From Anaeramoeba ignava BMAN (lineage: Eukaryota > Protista > Anaeramoebae), in the NCBI GenBank assembly GCA_028826165.1, contig JAPDFW010000103.1, positions 744,001 to 808,000 on the forward strand: 64,000 nucleotides of DNA, given 5' to 3'. Each line of letters starts with the position of its first letter. Within the stretch, counting starts at the first letter, position 1. The position numbers and the translations under genes are program-made. The notes beneath the pieces were generated by a model that did not search any database, was not told the DNA's origin, and was given only the letters and a program-made list of their open reading frames with translations. Positions 11,975 through 25,034 of the stretch are shown piece after piece.

Positions 11975-12412
11975 ATGGGAAAAAATAAATATTTTTGTGA
12001 ATATTGTAGAAAAACCTTTACGAACAATCGAGAAATACGAAAACAACATCAACGAAGTTGGTCACATCAACAAAATGTACGAAGACATTACAGACAATAC
12101 AAAATACGACCTGAATCAAAAGAATCAATAAAATTAACTCAAAATGGAATAATAGTAACAAAAACAAAAATAAAAACAAAAACAAAAACAAAAATTGAAT
12201 CGAAAAAACGCAAATCGAATCAAGAAGAAGTTCTTTTTAAAATGAGAAGAACTCAATTACCTCCTTCGTTGAGAAATGACTCTTCTCATTCAAAATCTGT
12301 TGTTGATTGGGGTTGGTCTTCTCTTGATATTCAAAATCACTTGCATTTTTTTCTTCAATTTTCTTTGTTGAAAGTTCGTTTGCAAACTGATTCTTTTATT
12401 AATGCAAATTAG
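11975..12412 (+). CDS. ZMAT5: Matrin/U1-C-type zinc-finger protein, most similar in motif pattern to U11/U12 snRNP 20K (ZMAT5)
   Basis: MGKNKYFCEYCRKTF...RKQH...H zinc finger plus C-terminal LPPSLR...VDWG motif, characteristic of animal and plant ZMAT5 and absent from U1-C. Confidence 0.7.
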   Translation: MGKNKYFCEYCRKTFTNNREIRKQHQRSWSHQQNVRRHYRQYKIRPESKESIKLTQNGIIVTKTKIKTKTKTKIESKKRKSNQEEVLFKMRRTQLPPSLRNDSSHSKSVVDWGWSSLDIQNHLHFFLQFSLLKVRLQTDSFINAN

Positions 12413-12539
12413 TTCAATTTAGTTCAATTTAGTTTTGGTTAGTTTTTTATTTTTTATTTTTTATTTTTTATTTAACGTTTTTTTCCGTTTTGTTTCAAAT
12501 TTTTTTTTCATTTTTTTTTTCATTTTGTGGTATAATTCA

Positions 12540-15432
12540 AATTTAATTTTATTTATATTTTTATTTATAATTTTATTTATAATTTAATTTATAATTTAAT
12601 TTATAATTTTATTTATAATTTAATTTATAATTTAATTTATAATTTTATTTATAATTTAATTTATATTTTTATTTATAATTTTATTTATAATTTAATTTAT
12701 AATTTAATTTATAATTTAATTTATATTTTTATTTATAATTTAATTTATAATTTTATTTACAATTCAAATTTAATTTTATTTATAATTTAATTTATTATTT
12801 TATTTATAATTTTATTTATAATTTAATTTATAATTTTATTTATTATTTAATTTATAATTTAATTTATAATTTTATTTATAATTTTATTTATAATTTAATT
12901 TATAATTTTATTTATAATTTTTATTTATAATTTTATTTATAATTTAATTTATAATTTTATTTATAATTTAATTTATAATTTTATTTATAATTTTTATTTA
13001 TTTTTAATTTAATTTATATTTTATTTTTATTTATATTTTTATTTATATTTTTTATTTATAATTTTAATTTTTATTTTAATTTATAATTTAATTTATAATT
13101 TAATTTATAATTTTATTTATAATTTAATTTATAATTTTATTTATAATTTTATTTATAATTTAATTTATAATTTTATTTATAATTTTATTTATAATTTAAT
13201 TTATATTTTTATTAATAATTTAATTTATAATTTAATTTATAATTTTAATTTATAATTTTATTTATAATTTTATTTATAATTTAATTTATATTTTTATTAA
13301 TAATTTAATTTATAATTTAATTATATAATTTAATTTATAATTTTATTTATATTTTAATTTATAATTTTATTTATAATTTTATTTATAATTTAATTTATAA
13401 TTTTATTTATAATTTAATTTATAATTTAATTTATTATTTAATTTATAATTTTATTTATAATTTAATTTATAATTTTATTTTATAATTTTTTTTTATTTAT
13501 ATTTTTATTTATTATATTTTATAATTTTATTTATAATTTAATTTATAATTTTTATTTATAATTTTATTTTATAATTTTATTTATAATTTAATTTATAATT
13601 TTATTTATAATTTTATTTATAATTTTATTTATAATTTAATTTATAATTTTAATTTATAATTTTTATTTATAATTTTATTTATAATTTAATTTATAATTTT
13701 ATTTATTATTTTATTTATAATTTAATTTATAATTTTTATTTATAATTTAATATATAATTTAATTTATAATTTTATTTACAAATTCATTTATAATTTAATT
13801 TATAATTTTATTTATAATTTAATTTATAATTTTATTTATAATTTAATTTATAATTTAATTTATAATTTTATTTATAATTTTATTTATAATTTTATTTATA
13901 ATTTTATTTATTATTTTATTTATAATTTTATTTATATTTTTATTTATAATTTAATTTATAATTTAATTTATGATTTAATTTATAATTTAATTTATAATTT
14001 TATTTATAATTTTATTTATAATTTTATTAATAATTTTATTTATAATTTAATTTATAATTTAATTTATAATTTAATTTATAATTTTATTTATAATTTTATT
14101 TATAATTTAATTTATAATTTAATTTATAATTTAATTTATAATTTTATTTATAATTTAATTTATAATTTAATTTATAATTTTATTTATAATTTAATTTATA
14201 ATTTTATTTATAATTTTATTTATAATTTTATTTATAATTTTATTTATAATTTTATTTATAATTTAATTTATAATTTTATTTATAATTTAATTTATAATTT
14301 TATTTATAATTTAATTTATAATTTAATTTATAATTTAATTTATAATTTAATTTATAATTTTATTTATATTTTTATTTATAATTTTATTTATAATTTTATT
14401 TATAATTTTTATTTATAATTTTATTTATATTTTTATTTATAATTTTATTTATAATTTTTATTTATAATTTTATTTATAATTTTTATTTATAATTTTATTT
14501 ATAATTTTATTAATAATTTTTATTTATAATTTAATTTATAATTTAATTTATAATTTTATTTATAATTTTATTTATAATTTTATTTATTATTTTATTTATA
14601 ATTTTATTTATAATTTTATTTATTATTATATTTATAATTTAATTTATAATTTAATTTATAATTTAATTTATAATTTTATTTATAATTTAATTTATAATTT
14701 AATTTATAATTTTATTTATAATTTTATTAATAATTTTATTTATAATTTTATTAATAATTTTATTTATAATTTAATTTATAATTTAATTTATAATTTAATT
14801 TATAATTTTATTTATAATTTTATTTATAATTTAATTTATAATTTTATTTATAATTTAATTTATAATTTTATTTATAATTTAATTTATAATTTAATTTATA
14901 ATTTTATTTATAATTTAATTTATAATTTTATTTATAATTTTATTTATAATTTTATTTATAATTTTATTTATAATTTAATTTATAATTTAATTTATAATTA
15001 TATTTATAATTTAATTTATAATTTTATTTATAATTTAATTTATAATTTAATTTATAATTTAATTTATAATTTAATTTATAATTTTATTTATATTTTTATT
15101 TATAATTTTATTTATATTTTAATTTATAATTTAATTTATAATTTAATTTATAATTATATTTATAATTTTATTTATAATTTTATTTATAATTTAATTTATA
15201 ATTTTATTTATAATTTTATTTATAATTTTATTTATAATTTTATTTATAATTTTATTTATAATTTTATTTATAATTTAATTTATAATTTTATTTATAATTT
15301 TATTTATAATTTTATTTATAATTTAATTTACAATTTTATTTATGATTTAATTTATAATTTTATTTATAATTTTATTTATAATTTTATTTATAATTTTATT
15401 TATAATTTAATTTATAATTTTATTTATAATTT
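12540..15432. repeat. ~2.9 kb 12-bp minisatellite TTTATAATTT(T/A)A, almost free of G/C
   Basis: 60-nt lines stay in register (5x12) for long stretches, e.g. 14041-14340. Confidence 0.95.
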
Positions 15433-15826
15433 TGTAACTTTTTTATTCAATAATCAATTAGAGATTTATTCTGTTTTAATTTTAGAAAGAAAATTAAACA
15501 AGTTTTTATAGTATTATTTTAGTAATGTAAATGTAGGTTGTATTAAATTAGTTATTAAAGCGAATTTTATTTATAATTTTAAAAAAAGAAGAAGAAAAAG
15601 AAAAAGAAGAAAAAAAAGAAGAATAAAAAAAGGGGAAAAATTCACAAAAAGAAAAAAAAAGTTTATTTATTAAACAAATCAACCAATATTCATTTTTTCT
15701 TTCTTACAAATAATACTTTTTTTTTTATTATTATTATTAAAAAATCAATTCCAATTCAAAATTAAAACAATTAAAATTTAATTTAAAAAAAAAAAAAAGG
15801 AAAAAAAAAATTAATAACTATTTATA

Positions 15827-18193
15827 ATGTCAAGGTGATCAATTTATTTTAATTTTAATTAAAGAAAATTAACCCAACAAAAAATTACAATTATGCCCCC
15901 ATTAACAAAAAAAAAATTTAATTTAAATTTTAATTAAATATTTTTTTTACTTTTTGTGAATTTGCCCCCCTTAATTAAATTTATAATTAAAATTTTAAAA
16001 GAAAAATATTTATTAATAAAAAAGCAAAAATTAATACATTAATATTTAAGAAGCAAACAATAATATAAATTTAATCCAATAATTATTCAATTTATTCATT
16101 AAATTATATTTAAATATTTATATTTATATTTATATTTATATTTATATTTTTATATTTATAATTATATTTATATTTATATTTATATTTATATTTATATTTA
16201 TAATTATATTTATATTTATATTTATATTTATATTGATAATTATATTTTATATTGATATTTATATTTTATATTTATATTTTATATTTATATTTATATTTAT
16301 ATTTTATATTTTTATATTTTATATTTTTATATTTATATTTTATATTTATATTTATATTTATATTTATATTTATATTTATATTTATATTTATATTTATATT
16401 TATATTTATATTTTTATATTTATATTTATATTTATATTTTATATTTATATTTATATTTTTATTTTATTTTTATATTTATATTTTTTTTTATATTATTTAT
16501 ATTTACATATTTTATATTTATATTTATATTTTTATGTTTTATATTTTATATTTTTAAATATTTTATATTTCCATATTTTATATTTTAAATATTTATATTT
16601 ATATTTTAAATATTTATATTTATATTTTAAATATTTTATTTTATATTTTAAATATTTTAATTTATATTTTATTTTTATTTATATTATATTTTTTTATATT
16701 TATATATTTATATTTATATTTATATTTAATTTATATTTAATTTATATTATATTTAATTTATATTTATATTTATATTTATATTTATATTTGATTTATATTT
16801 ATATTTATTTATTTATATTTATAATTATATTTATATTTGATTTATATTTGATTTATATTTATATTGATTCAGAAAAACTACAATTCCAGAAGAATTCGGA
16901 ACAATTCTATGCAAATTTTGCAATGCCAACATAACGAACATGATCAGAATCATATGCGGAGAATGCGAGAACACTACGATATGCACAGACTGTTTGAAGG
17001 AAGGAAAAGAAGGAAGCGGACACAAAAGCGGACACAAATATCGGATAATCCGACCCACACAAACACACATATTTAGCACTGAATGGACAATGGACGAAGA
17101 AATTCTTCTTTTAGAAGCAACAGAAAAATACGGAATATGCAATTGGGAAGACATCTCAATATACGTTGGAAAAACAACAAAACAATGCGAGGATCACTAC
17201 ACAGAAGTCTATCTCAATTCAACAGCATTTCCGTTGCCGGATTTCGAACAACAAAAACTTGATGAAATTGCAAAATATAAAATTCCGGCAAAGAAAAAAA
17301 AACGATCCAAAACATCCGATATAGAAAATGAAGACATGCTCATTCCCGATCTATATCGTTCAGGCCCAAGAGAAGGCCAACGATTGACAAACTTTGCTAT
17401 ACATACTGATTTCATGCCGCTTCGAAAAGAATTCGAATTCGAGTACGATTTTGACGCGGAAGAAATTATCGCCGAAATGGGGCTTCATGACAATAAGATC
17501 CCATGGAGCATCAAGATGGGAGTGTTGCAAGTTTATATGGATCGTGTTTATAACCGGGAGACACGAAAGAACTTTGTGATCTCGCGGGACTTTCTTGAGA
17601 AGAAAAATAACGAGGAAAGAATTCCTGGAGGGAAATTCAATTGGGAATTAAAGAAAAACGAACCACAAATTTATACAGAACTTCGCGTATTCAACAGATT
17701 GTTTGATTCTCAAGAACAATATGTTGAGTTTTTTAATTCTGTTATTGAAGAAATACGAAATAAAAAAAAAATCCAACAATATCAAGAATGGCGACGTAAC
17801 GGAATTACACTTGAATCTGATGGGAAATTTTTCGAAACTGAGCATAAGAAGCGTGACAGCAGGAAGAAACCCGAGCGCATTAGTCGCAGAAACCGCAAGA
17901 AAAAGTGGCCCAAAGAGTCCTTTTCATTGCGCACTGATCCTGACTCTCCAATGGATTTATCTTCCGTTTCTGTTGAACTTCTTTCAAAACCTGAACAGGA
18001 AATTTGCTCAATTTCGAGAATTCTTCCTCAACAATATTTTGCTGTTAAAAATCTTCTTATTACTGAATATCTTGCTTCCCCTAATTTGTTCTCAATGGAT
18101 AAGGCTGTTTCTTTGATTCACGGTATTAAAAAACCTCATGCTGAATTATTAATTGGTTTTTTTGCTCAAAATAATTGGGTCGTTATTAAATAA
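15827..18193 (+). CDS. ADA2: Transcriptional adaptor ADA2 (ZZ-SANT-SWIRM); 8-nt coding exon 15827-15834, intron 15835-16872, exon 16873-18193
   Basis: ATGTCAAG|gtgatc...ttcag|A AAA ACT gives MSRKTTIPEEFGTILCKFC...CGEC...CTDC...H...H (ZZ), WTMDEEILLLEATEKYGICNW (SANT), FMPLRKEFEFEYDFDAE, and LLSKPEQEICSISRILPQQYFAVK (SWIRM). The first exon is inferred from phase and is less certain. Confidence 0.9.
16115..16865. repeat. (TTTATA)n hexamer tract inside ADA2 intron 1
   Basis: Direct reading. Confidence 0.9.
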
Positions 18194-18199
18194 AATTTA

Positions 18200-18800
18200 A
18201 AATAAATTTTAATTTTAATTTTCTTTTTATTTTGAATTTTGATTTTAGTTTTAATTTTAATTTTAATTTTAATTTTAATTTTAATTTTGATTTGAATTTT
18301 AATTTTTATTTTTAATTTTAATTTTAATTTTAATTTTAAATTTTAATTTTAATTTTAATTTTAATTTTAATTTTAATTTTAATTTTAATTTTAATTTTGA
18401 TTTTAATTTTAATTTTGATTTTGATTTTAATTTTAATTTTAATTTTGATTTTAATTTTGATTTTGATTTTGATTTTAATTTTAATTTTAATTTTGATTTT
18501 AATTTTAATTTTAAATTTGATTTCATTTTGATTTTAAATTTTAATTTTGAATTTGAATTTTGATTTGATTTTGATTTTGATTTTGATTTTGATTTTGATT
18601 TTAATTTTAATTTTAATTTTAATTTTAATTTTAATTTTAATTTTAATTTTAATTTTAATTTTAATTTTAATTTTTATTTTGATTTTAATTCTAATTTTGA
18701 TTTAAATTTTAATTTTAATTTTGATTTTAAATTTGATTTTAAATTTGATTTCATTTTGATTTTTAATTTGATTTTGATTTGATTTTGATTTTAATTTGAT
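18200..18800. repeat. (TTTTAA/TTTTGA)n tract between convergent genes
   Basis: Direct reading. Confidence 0.9.
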
Positions 18801-18814
18801 TTTTTCTCTGTTCT

Positions 18815-21800
18815 CTATTTTTTATTTCCTCTATTTCCTTTATTTCCTTTATTTCCTTTATTTCCTTTATTTCCTTTATTTCCTTTATTTCCTTTATTTC
18901 CTTTATGTCTATGTCCTCTATGCCCCTTTTTATCTTCTTTTTTATCTTCTTTTTTATCTTCTTTTTTATCTTCTTTTTCATTTTCATTTTCTTTTGTTTC
19001 TTTTTCTTTTGGTTTTGCTTCTTTTTCTTTTTCATTTTCATTTTGATTTTCATTTTGATTGTCTTTTTGATTCGTTTGAGTTTTTGAATGTGGAATTTCA
19101 ATACTTTTTAATGATTTTTTATTTCGTGATAACTTTGGTTTTGTTTGTGTTAGAGTTTCATTTAAATTTTCCATTTTTGATTTTTCAGTTATTGCTCTTT
19201 TTGTTTCTTTTGGTTTTGTTTCTTTTGGTTTTGTTTCTTTTGGTTTTGTTTCTTTTGGTTTTGTTTCTTTTGGTTTTATTGTTTCTTTTTCTTTTTCTTT
19301 TTCTTTTTCTTTTTCATTTTCATTTTGATTGTCTTTTTGATTCTTTTGAGTTTTTGAATGTGGAATTGCCATACTTTTTATTGGTGAATTTTTTTCATTT
19401 CGTGATAACTTTGGTTTTGTTTGTGTTAGACTTTCGTTTAAATTTTCCGGTTTTGATTTTCTTTTTGATTCTGGTTTTAGTGCTTCTTGTTTAAGTTTGT
19501 CAATTTGTTTCTTTTCTTCTTGGAGAATTTTATCAAAATCAAAAAAAGTAATAAGATTTCCAAAATGCAATGACTGATCCTTTTTCAAAATTAAAATTTG
19601 CTCTCTTCTTGAGCTAAGCCAATTCAAATCATCAATAACAGGAGTAATCATTTTCTGAACAAAATCTTTATTCTGCGATTTTTTGAAATTGTATAAATCC
19701 TTTAATTCTTCACTGAGTTTCAAAACTTCTTCAACTACAAAATTTGTCACTTGTTCTTTTACTCTGTCAAAAATAGCGCCTTTTTGGCTTTTGAATTTGG
19801 AATTTTTTATTTTTCCTTCAATCCATTGAATCAAAGTGAAAAATGTTTTCCAACTCTTTTCTTTTTTCCATTGCATAAAATTTTGTGTGATATCAAAGCA
19901 CTTTTGTCCCAAATTTTCATGGTTTTTTTTGAGAAATTCTGAATACGAACCGCCAACTAATTTCTTGATTTTTTGTTTGGAATGCTTCTCTAACTCCCCA
20001 ATGCTTTCATTCCATTTTTGATAAAAAGTACTTTTAACTAATGAAAATTGTTTGTCTTTTTTTTTGATGTCGAGAATTTGATTAGAAAGCTCTTCAAATT
20101 TTTCAAATTGCTGAGAAATATTGCCAAAAAATTGAACCTTTTTCAAGATCTTCTCATACGCTTTTTTGTGCGATATGCCCATTTGTTTAATTGGGATGTA
20201 AGCTGGTGAATCTGTCTCGAATGTTTCCTTTTCAAATTTGTTGACATATTCTTTATGAAAACTCTTCAATTTGGATTTATTATAAATTTGAAACAAATCT
20301 TCTCCAATTTCTCCTAAATTAATTGCTTCTTTCTCTTGTTTAAAATTAACAAACAGTTTTTTGATAAATGGAATAATAAGAAATCCTTGGATTTTATAAG
20401 AATTAATTTGGTTCGTATCCGAATTGTCAAATATTTTCGCAAACGAATTCTTTGTTATGGAATCAAACAATAAATGGAAATCAAATTGACTCATCAGCTC
20501 CATCTTGGGAACAAAAACACATCCCAATCCTGCAAACGAATTGCCAATCCATTCCCCAAAATTTGGCGGGCATTTTGTTGGTTTACTTCCAAATAATTTC
20601 TTAAAGAAATTTTCCTTTGTGTTTTCGGCGTTGTTTTCAGGTGAGTTGAAATTGAACCAAACAAGAGATGGAAAAAAGCGACTTAATGATTCCTTTCTTT
20701 GATCACGAACCTTGAAAACCGATTCCTTCATCAATTCGCAAAATGGTGATAAAGAATCAAGATTCGGATTCTCTTGATATTCATTACTAACTAAAATCAA
20801 TGTGCTTATTCCCACTAAAAATTCAGCAATTTTTGCTTGTTGGATTGGTGTTTGTCTTGGATCTCCAAATCCAAATGCACTTAAAAAGATAAATTTCTCA
20901 ATTTTTCCATCTATAACTTTTGTATATTCTTTTGGATAAATGAAAAGTTCAAATAGATTTTCTTTCTCCAAATCAATTTCTTGTTCAATGTTTTGACATC
21001 CAAAAATCTGATTAAGAAAATGGATACTTGCTAAAAAATCAAATTAAATAAATCAAATGAATTAAATTAATTAAATATATAAATTAATTAAATGAATTAA
21101 ATAAATCAAATGAATTAAATTAATTAAATATATAAATATATAAATTAATCAAATTAAATATATAAATCAAATTAAATATATAAATCAAATTAAATATTTA
21201 CGAAATTTTTCATCAGAAAGTATTGTTATAATATGAATTGGATAAGAATCCTTAGAGAGAATATTATTAATATCGTTTTTATTGTCTGAATCAATAAACC
21301 ACTTATCATTGTCATCCAAATAGCAAAATCGGAGTAAATCATTTGATTTAGCTTGATATATTTGAGTCTCTCCATTATTAATATCATGAAATAAATTCTT
21401 GAATTCTTCAATACGTGAATTAATTTTTGCGAGTGATTCCTTTAATTCATCATTTTCGTTTTGTAAATTTATTTTGCCCAACTTCGATAATCTCATTTTC
21501 TCTTCTAATTGTTTTGAATCTTCTTTTGCAGTTGAAATACCAGGATTAACTATTTTTTCCAAATCATCTTTAATTTTCGTGTTTTCCTCATTGTTTTCTT
21601 TTAATTTCTGATTTATTTCATCTATTTCTTTGCCCAATTCTTTGATCTTTCGTTCATTTGGATCTTCCATATTCGTTGTCATTTGAATAATGCTATTCTT
21701 CATTTTTTCAATAGAATTATTTGATTCTTCAATTTTTCTCAATTTCTTCAATACTGGATTTGGTTTGTTCAATTTCTTTTGAAATTTCTGAAATTTTCTC

Positions 21801-23659
21801 TTTTCTTTTCTGATTTGGATCCTTCATTTTTATTTTATTCAATTCTTTTTTTTCTCTTCTATTTGTTTTTGTGTTTCTTTGATTTCTTGTGCTTTTTGTT
21901 TGACTTCATCTTTAAATGGTTTTGTCATATCTTTGAATTTCTTTAGAAATTGTTTATCAATTTTATTCCCATTTTCATTATATTTTTCTAATTCTTTTGC
22001 AATTTCTTTGCATCTATCTTCAGTCATTTGTATATCATTTACCAAATAATCCATCTGCTCTTTCAAGGTTTGAATTGGCTTCAAAGATTCATCATATTTT
22101 GATATTTCAATTGTTTTCTTTTCAAGTTCTTCTTGAATTTTGTTAAATTCAAATTGTTTTTTTTTAATTTCGAATATTTTACTTTGTTTTCTTGAATTTA
22201 ATTGATTTGAGTTTAAATTAAATGTTTTGACTTCTGTTTCTAATTGTTGGTGTTTTTGCATTTTTTGTTGTAAAAGAGTGGATTTGCTTTTAAATTGTTC
22301 TTGTAGTTGATCCATTTGATGACCACTCAAATTCCGAGGAGGATTAGTCATTTTATCATTAACCTCATTCAATTCTTTGTTAATACTATCTATATTTCTC
22401 TTTATTTGCTTTAATTGATTATTTTTTTGTGAAAACATTTTTGAAATATCATTTTTTCCTTTTTTCATTAGTTGATCAATAAGGGCAATTTCTTGGTTGA
22501 TTTGATTTATTTCTATTTGTAAATTTGTAAATTGATTTTTCTGTAATTCAAGCTCTTGATTTAATTTATGAACTCCATAAGAATTTTTTTGAAAATTTTT
22601 TAATTGGTTGTCTTTTTCCATTTTTTGTTTTTTCAGATCTTTTAATTCTTCTTCTTTTTTTTTTAATTCATTCACCAAGTTTTCTTTTTCTTTTTCAATA
22701 TGTTTTTGGATTATACCTTCCTGGTCTTTTATTTTTTGTTGTGCTTCAGTTAAATTTTGATTTAAACTTCTTTCTTTCTTTTCCAAATTTTGGATTTCTT
22801 GATTTAATTGATCTATTTGCTGTTTGTTTTCCAAATTGTCTTGATCTAAATCATCATCAAAATTCAGCATTTCATCTTCAAATGAGTTCTTTTCGAATTG
22901 ATATTGAATAAATTTCTGGTCTAATTTCTGCTTTTCTTGAAGGATTTTTTCTTGATTCTTTTTGATTTCTTCAAAATGTTGTTGAAATTGTTTTAATTTT
23001 TTACTAAAATTATTTGATTCATTTTTTTCATCTTGGGCATGAACTTCCAATCTCGATAAAAAAGATAAGAAATCCTCTTGAGCGTCTTCTATTCTGATTT
23101 TTTCCAATGAATATAAATTCTGTTGAAGTTCTTTTTCTTGTCCTTCAATTTGTTTTCGTGATTTTTCGATTTTCTTATTATTTTCTTGAATAATCGTTTT
23201 TTTTTCTCCTTTTTGTTGATCCAAATTTTTAACTGTTTTTTTCAAATCCTCTTCTTCTTTTTTGTTTTTTGTTAATTCTAAATTAAGATCATTTTTGGTT
23301 TTTGTTAAATTTTCATTAACTTCTTTTATATTTTTTAATTCTTCCTCTTTTTTTGCTTTTTTTTTATTTAAATGTTGAATTTTTTTATCTAATTCTGAAA
23401 TTTCATTTTCAATATCATCTTTTTCTTGTGTTTTTTGAATCTTTTCTTGAGACTTTGTTCCAAATTTTGTTTTTTCTTCATCTCTTTTTTGAAATAAATC
23501 ACTAACTATTTTTTCAATATCAAGAATTTCATTGTCAAGGTTTGATATGGAATCTTGAATTGTTTTTATTTTGTTTTCTAAATTTTTTTCCTTTTCTTCT
23601 TTTTGAGCTGTTATAACTTTTATAACTTCACTATCAATATCAGAAAATTTACCTTCCAT
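18815..23659 (-). CDS. Large coiled-coil protein with a central degenerate guanylate-binding-protein (GBP/atlastin-like) domain; intron 21201-21031; two poly-A frameshifts (~21850, ~21735)
   Basis: ORFs 21839..23659, 21185..21772 and 18815..20971 join into one protein. PIHIITILSDEKF|PSIHFLNQIFG, FIFLSAFGFGD...KIAEFLVGISTLILV and FFPSLVW match the ordered GBP motifs by eye. Confidence 0.65.
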
Positions 23660-23861
23660 TTTATTATTAAAATAAAAATGAAAAAAATGAAAAAAATAAA
23701 AAAGATTTTTTTTTCCTTTTTCTTCTTTTTTTTTTAATTAAAATTTTTTTTTTGTTTTATTTATAATAAAATTTGTCTGATTTTTATTCAAAAAGAAATT
23801 AAAAAAAAATAATTAAAAAAAATAATGAATTAAAAATGAATTAAAAATAAAAAAATTTTTT

Positions 23862-24962
23862 TTAATTCTTTTGATCCTTTTTAAATTGTGGATTTTTTGA
23901 ATCAAATGAAGGAGAATAAACTTGATAACTTTCAACATTTGATTGAGGCTCAATTGAATTTGAATACATTTGGTCAGTTGATTCTTGCCAATTCTTTCTT
24001 TCAAAAGAATTCATAAGAGGAGCACTTGGTTCAATTGATTGAAAATAATCAGGATAAACAAAATTTTCATTTGGATTTTGGAAAGTATTTTGGGGAAAAT
24101 TTTCATCAACAGAAAAATTAGAATTGGATTTGGATTCCGGATTAAAATATCTATTATTATACTCATTTAATCCAGTTTCATTGTCGAAATTTCTTGTTAA
24201 TTTTTTTTGATTTTCTGAATAAATTTTTGGATCAAATTTTGGATCAAATTTTGGATCAAATTGATTTTGATAATTTGGTATCAAATTTGGATTTGATTGT
24301 GATCTATAATAAGGATTTTCTTCCAAAAATTGATTTTGTTGAATATTTATTTTTTGATTTGGAAATTGTGTTGTTTGATTTGGAAGTGAATTTGGTAAGT
24401 GATCTGTGTTTTTGTTGTTTATAGTCATTTGTGAATTGATGTTTACTGGATAAGTTGGAGGATATTCAAAAGAGGGTTTGATTTCTTTTGGTAAATTTGG
24501 TTTTGGAATTTTTTTTGATTTATTTTTTCGATTATTTTTTTGATTAATTTTTTGATTAATTTTTTGATTAATTTTTTGATTTTGTTTTTTTTGATTTTGT
24601 TTTTTTTGATTTTGATTAATTTTTTGATTTTGATTAATTTTTTGATTTTGTTTTTGATTTTGATTTTGATTTTGATTTTTTGTTGTGTCAAAATCTCGTG
24701 CTTTTTTTAATCGATATTCCATTAAAAGATATTCATTTTGTGCTTGTTTTCTTTTTAAAACTTCAGCTCTTGTTAAAATATCTGAAATTAATTCTTTTAA
24801 TTCTGTTTGTTTTGTTTGTTGTTCAAGTTTTAATAATATTTCTGCTGCTTCAAGATAATTTTCTATTGCTTTTGCGTTTTCTTGTTGTGATTGTGCTTGT
24901 TCTGCTGATTGTAGTTTTTCTTTTGCATATTCGAATGTTGTTTTTGTTAGTTTTTCAGTCAT
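23862..24962 (-). CDS. MIT-domain protein with a disordered Q/N/P-rich tail
   Basis: AKEKLQSAEQAQ...AIENYLEAAEILL...ILTRAEVLK is an MIT three-helix pattern; PSAP near the C-terminus. Confidence 0.75.
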   Translation of the reverse strand: MTEKLTKTTFEYAKEKLQSAEQAQSQQENAKAIENYLEAAEILLKLEQQTKQTELKELISDILTRAEVLKRKQAQNEYLLMEYRLKKARDFDTTKNQNQNQNQKQNQKINQNQKINQNQKKQNQKKQNQKINQKINQKINQKNNRKNKSKKIPKPNLPKEIKPSFEYPPTYPVNINSQMTINNKNTDHLPNSLPNQTTQFPNQKINIQQNQFLEENPYYRSQSNPNLIPNYQNQFDPKFDPKFDPKIYSENQKKLTRNFDNETGLNEYNNRYFNPESKSNSNFSVDENFPQNTFQNPNENFVYPDYFQSIEPSAPLMNSFERKNWQESTDQMYSNSIEPQSNVESYQVYSPSFDSKNPQFKKDQKN

Positions 24963-25034
24963 AAATGAAAAAATAAAAAAAGGAAAAAAAAAAGGAAAAA
25001 AAAATGAAAAAAAATGAAAGGAAAAAAAAATAAT

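Noticed and set aside
16233-16934. Long I/Y/F/L-rich ORFs (also 36808-37310, 43241-44605 -, 53520-54092 -, 18796-19494 +, 34970-35524 -)
   Set aside because: Translations of hexamer repeats or antisense frames of real genes; not genes.
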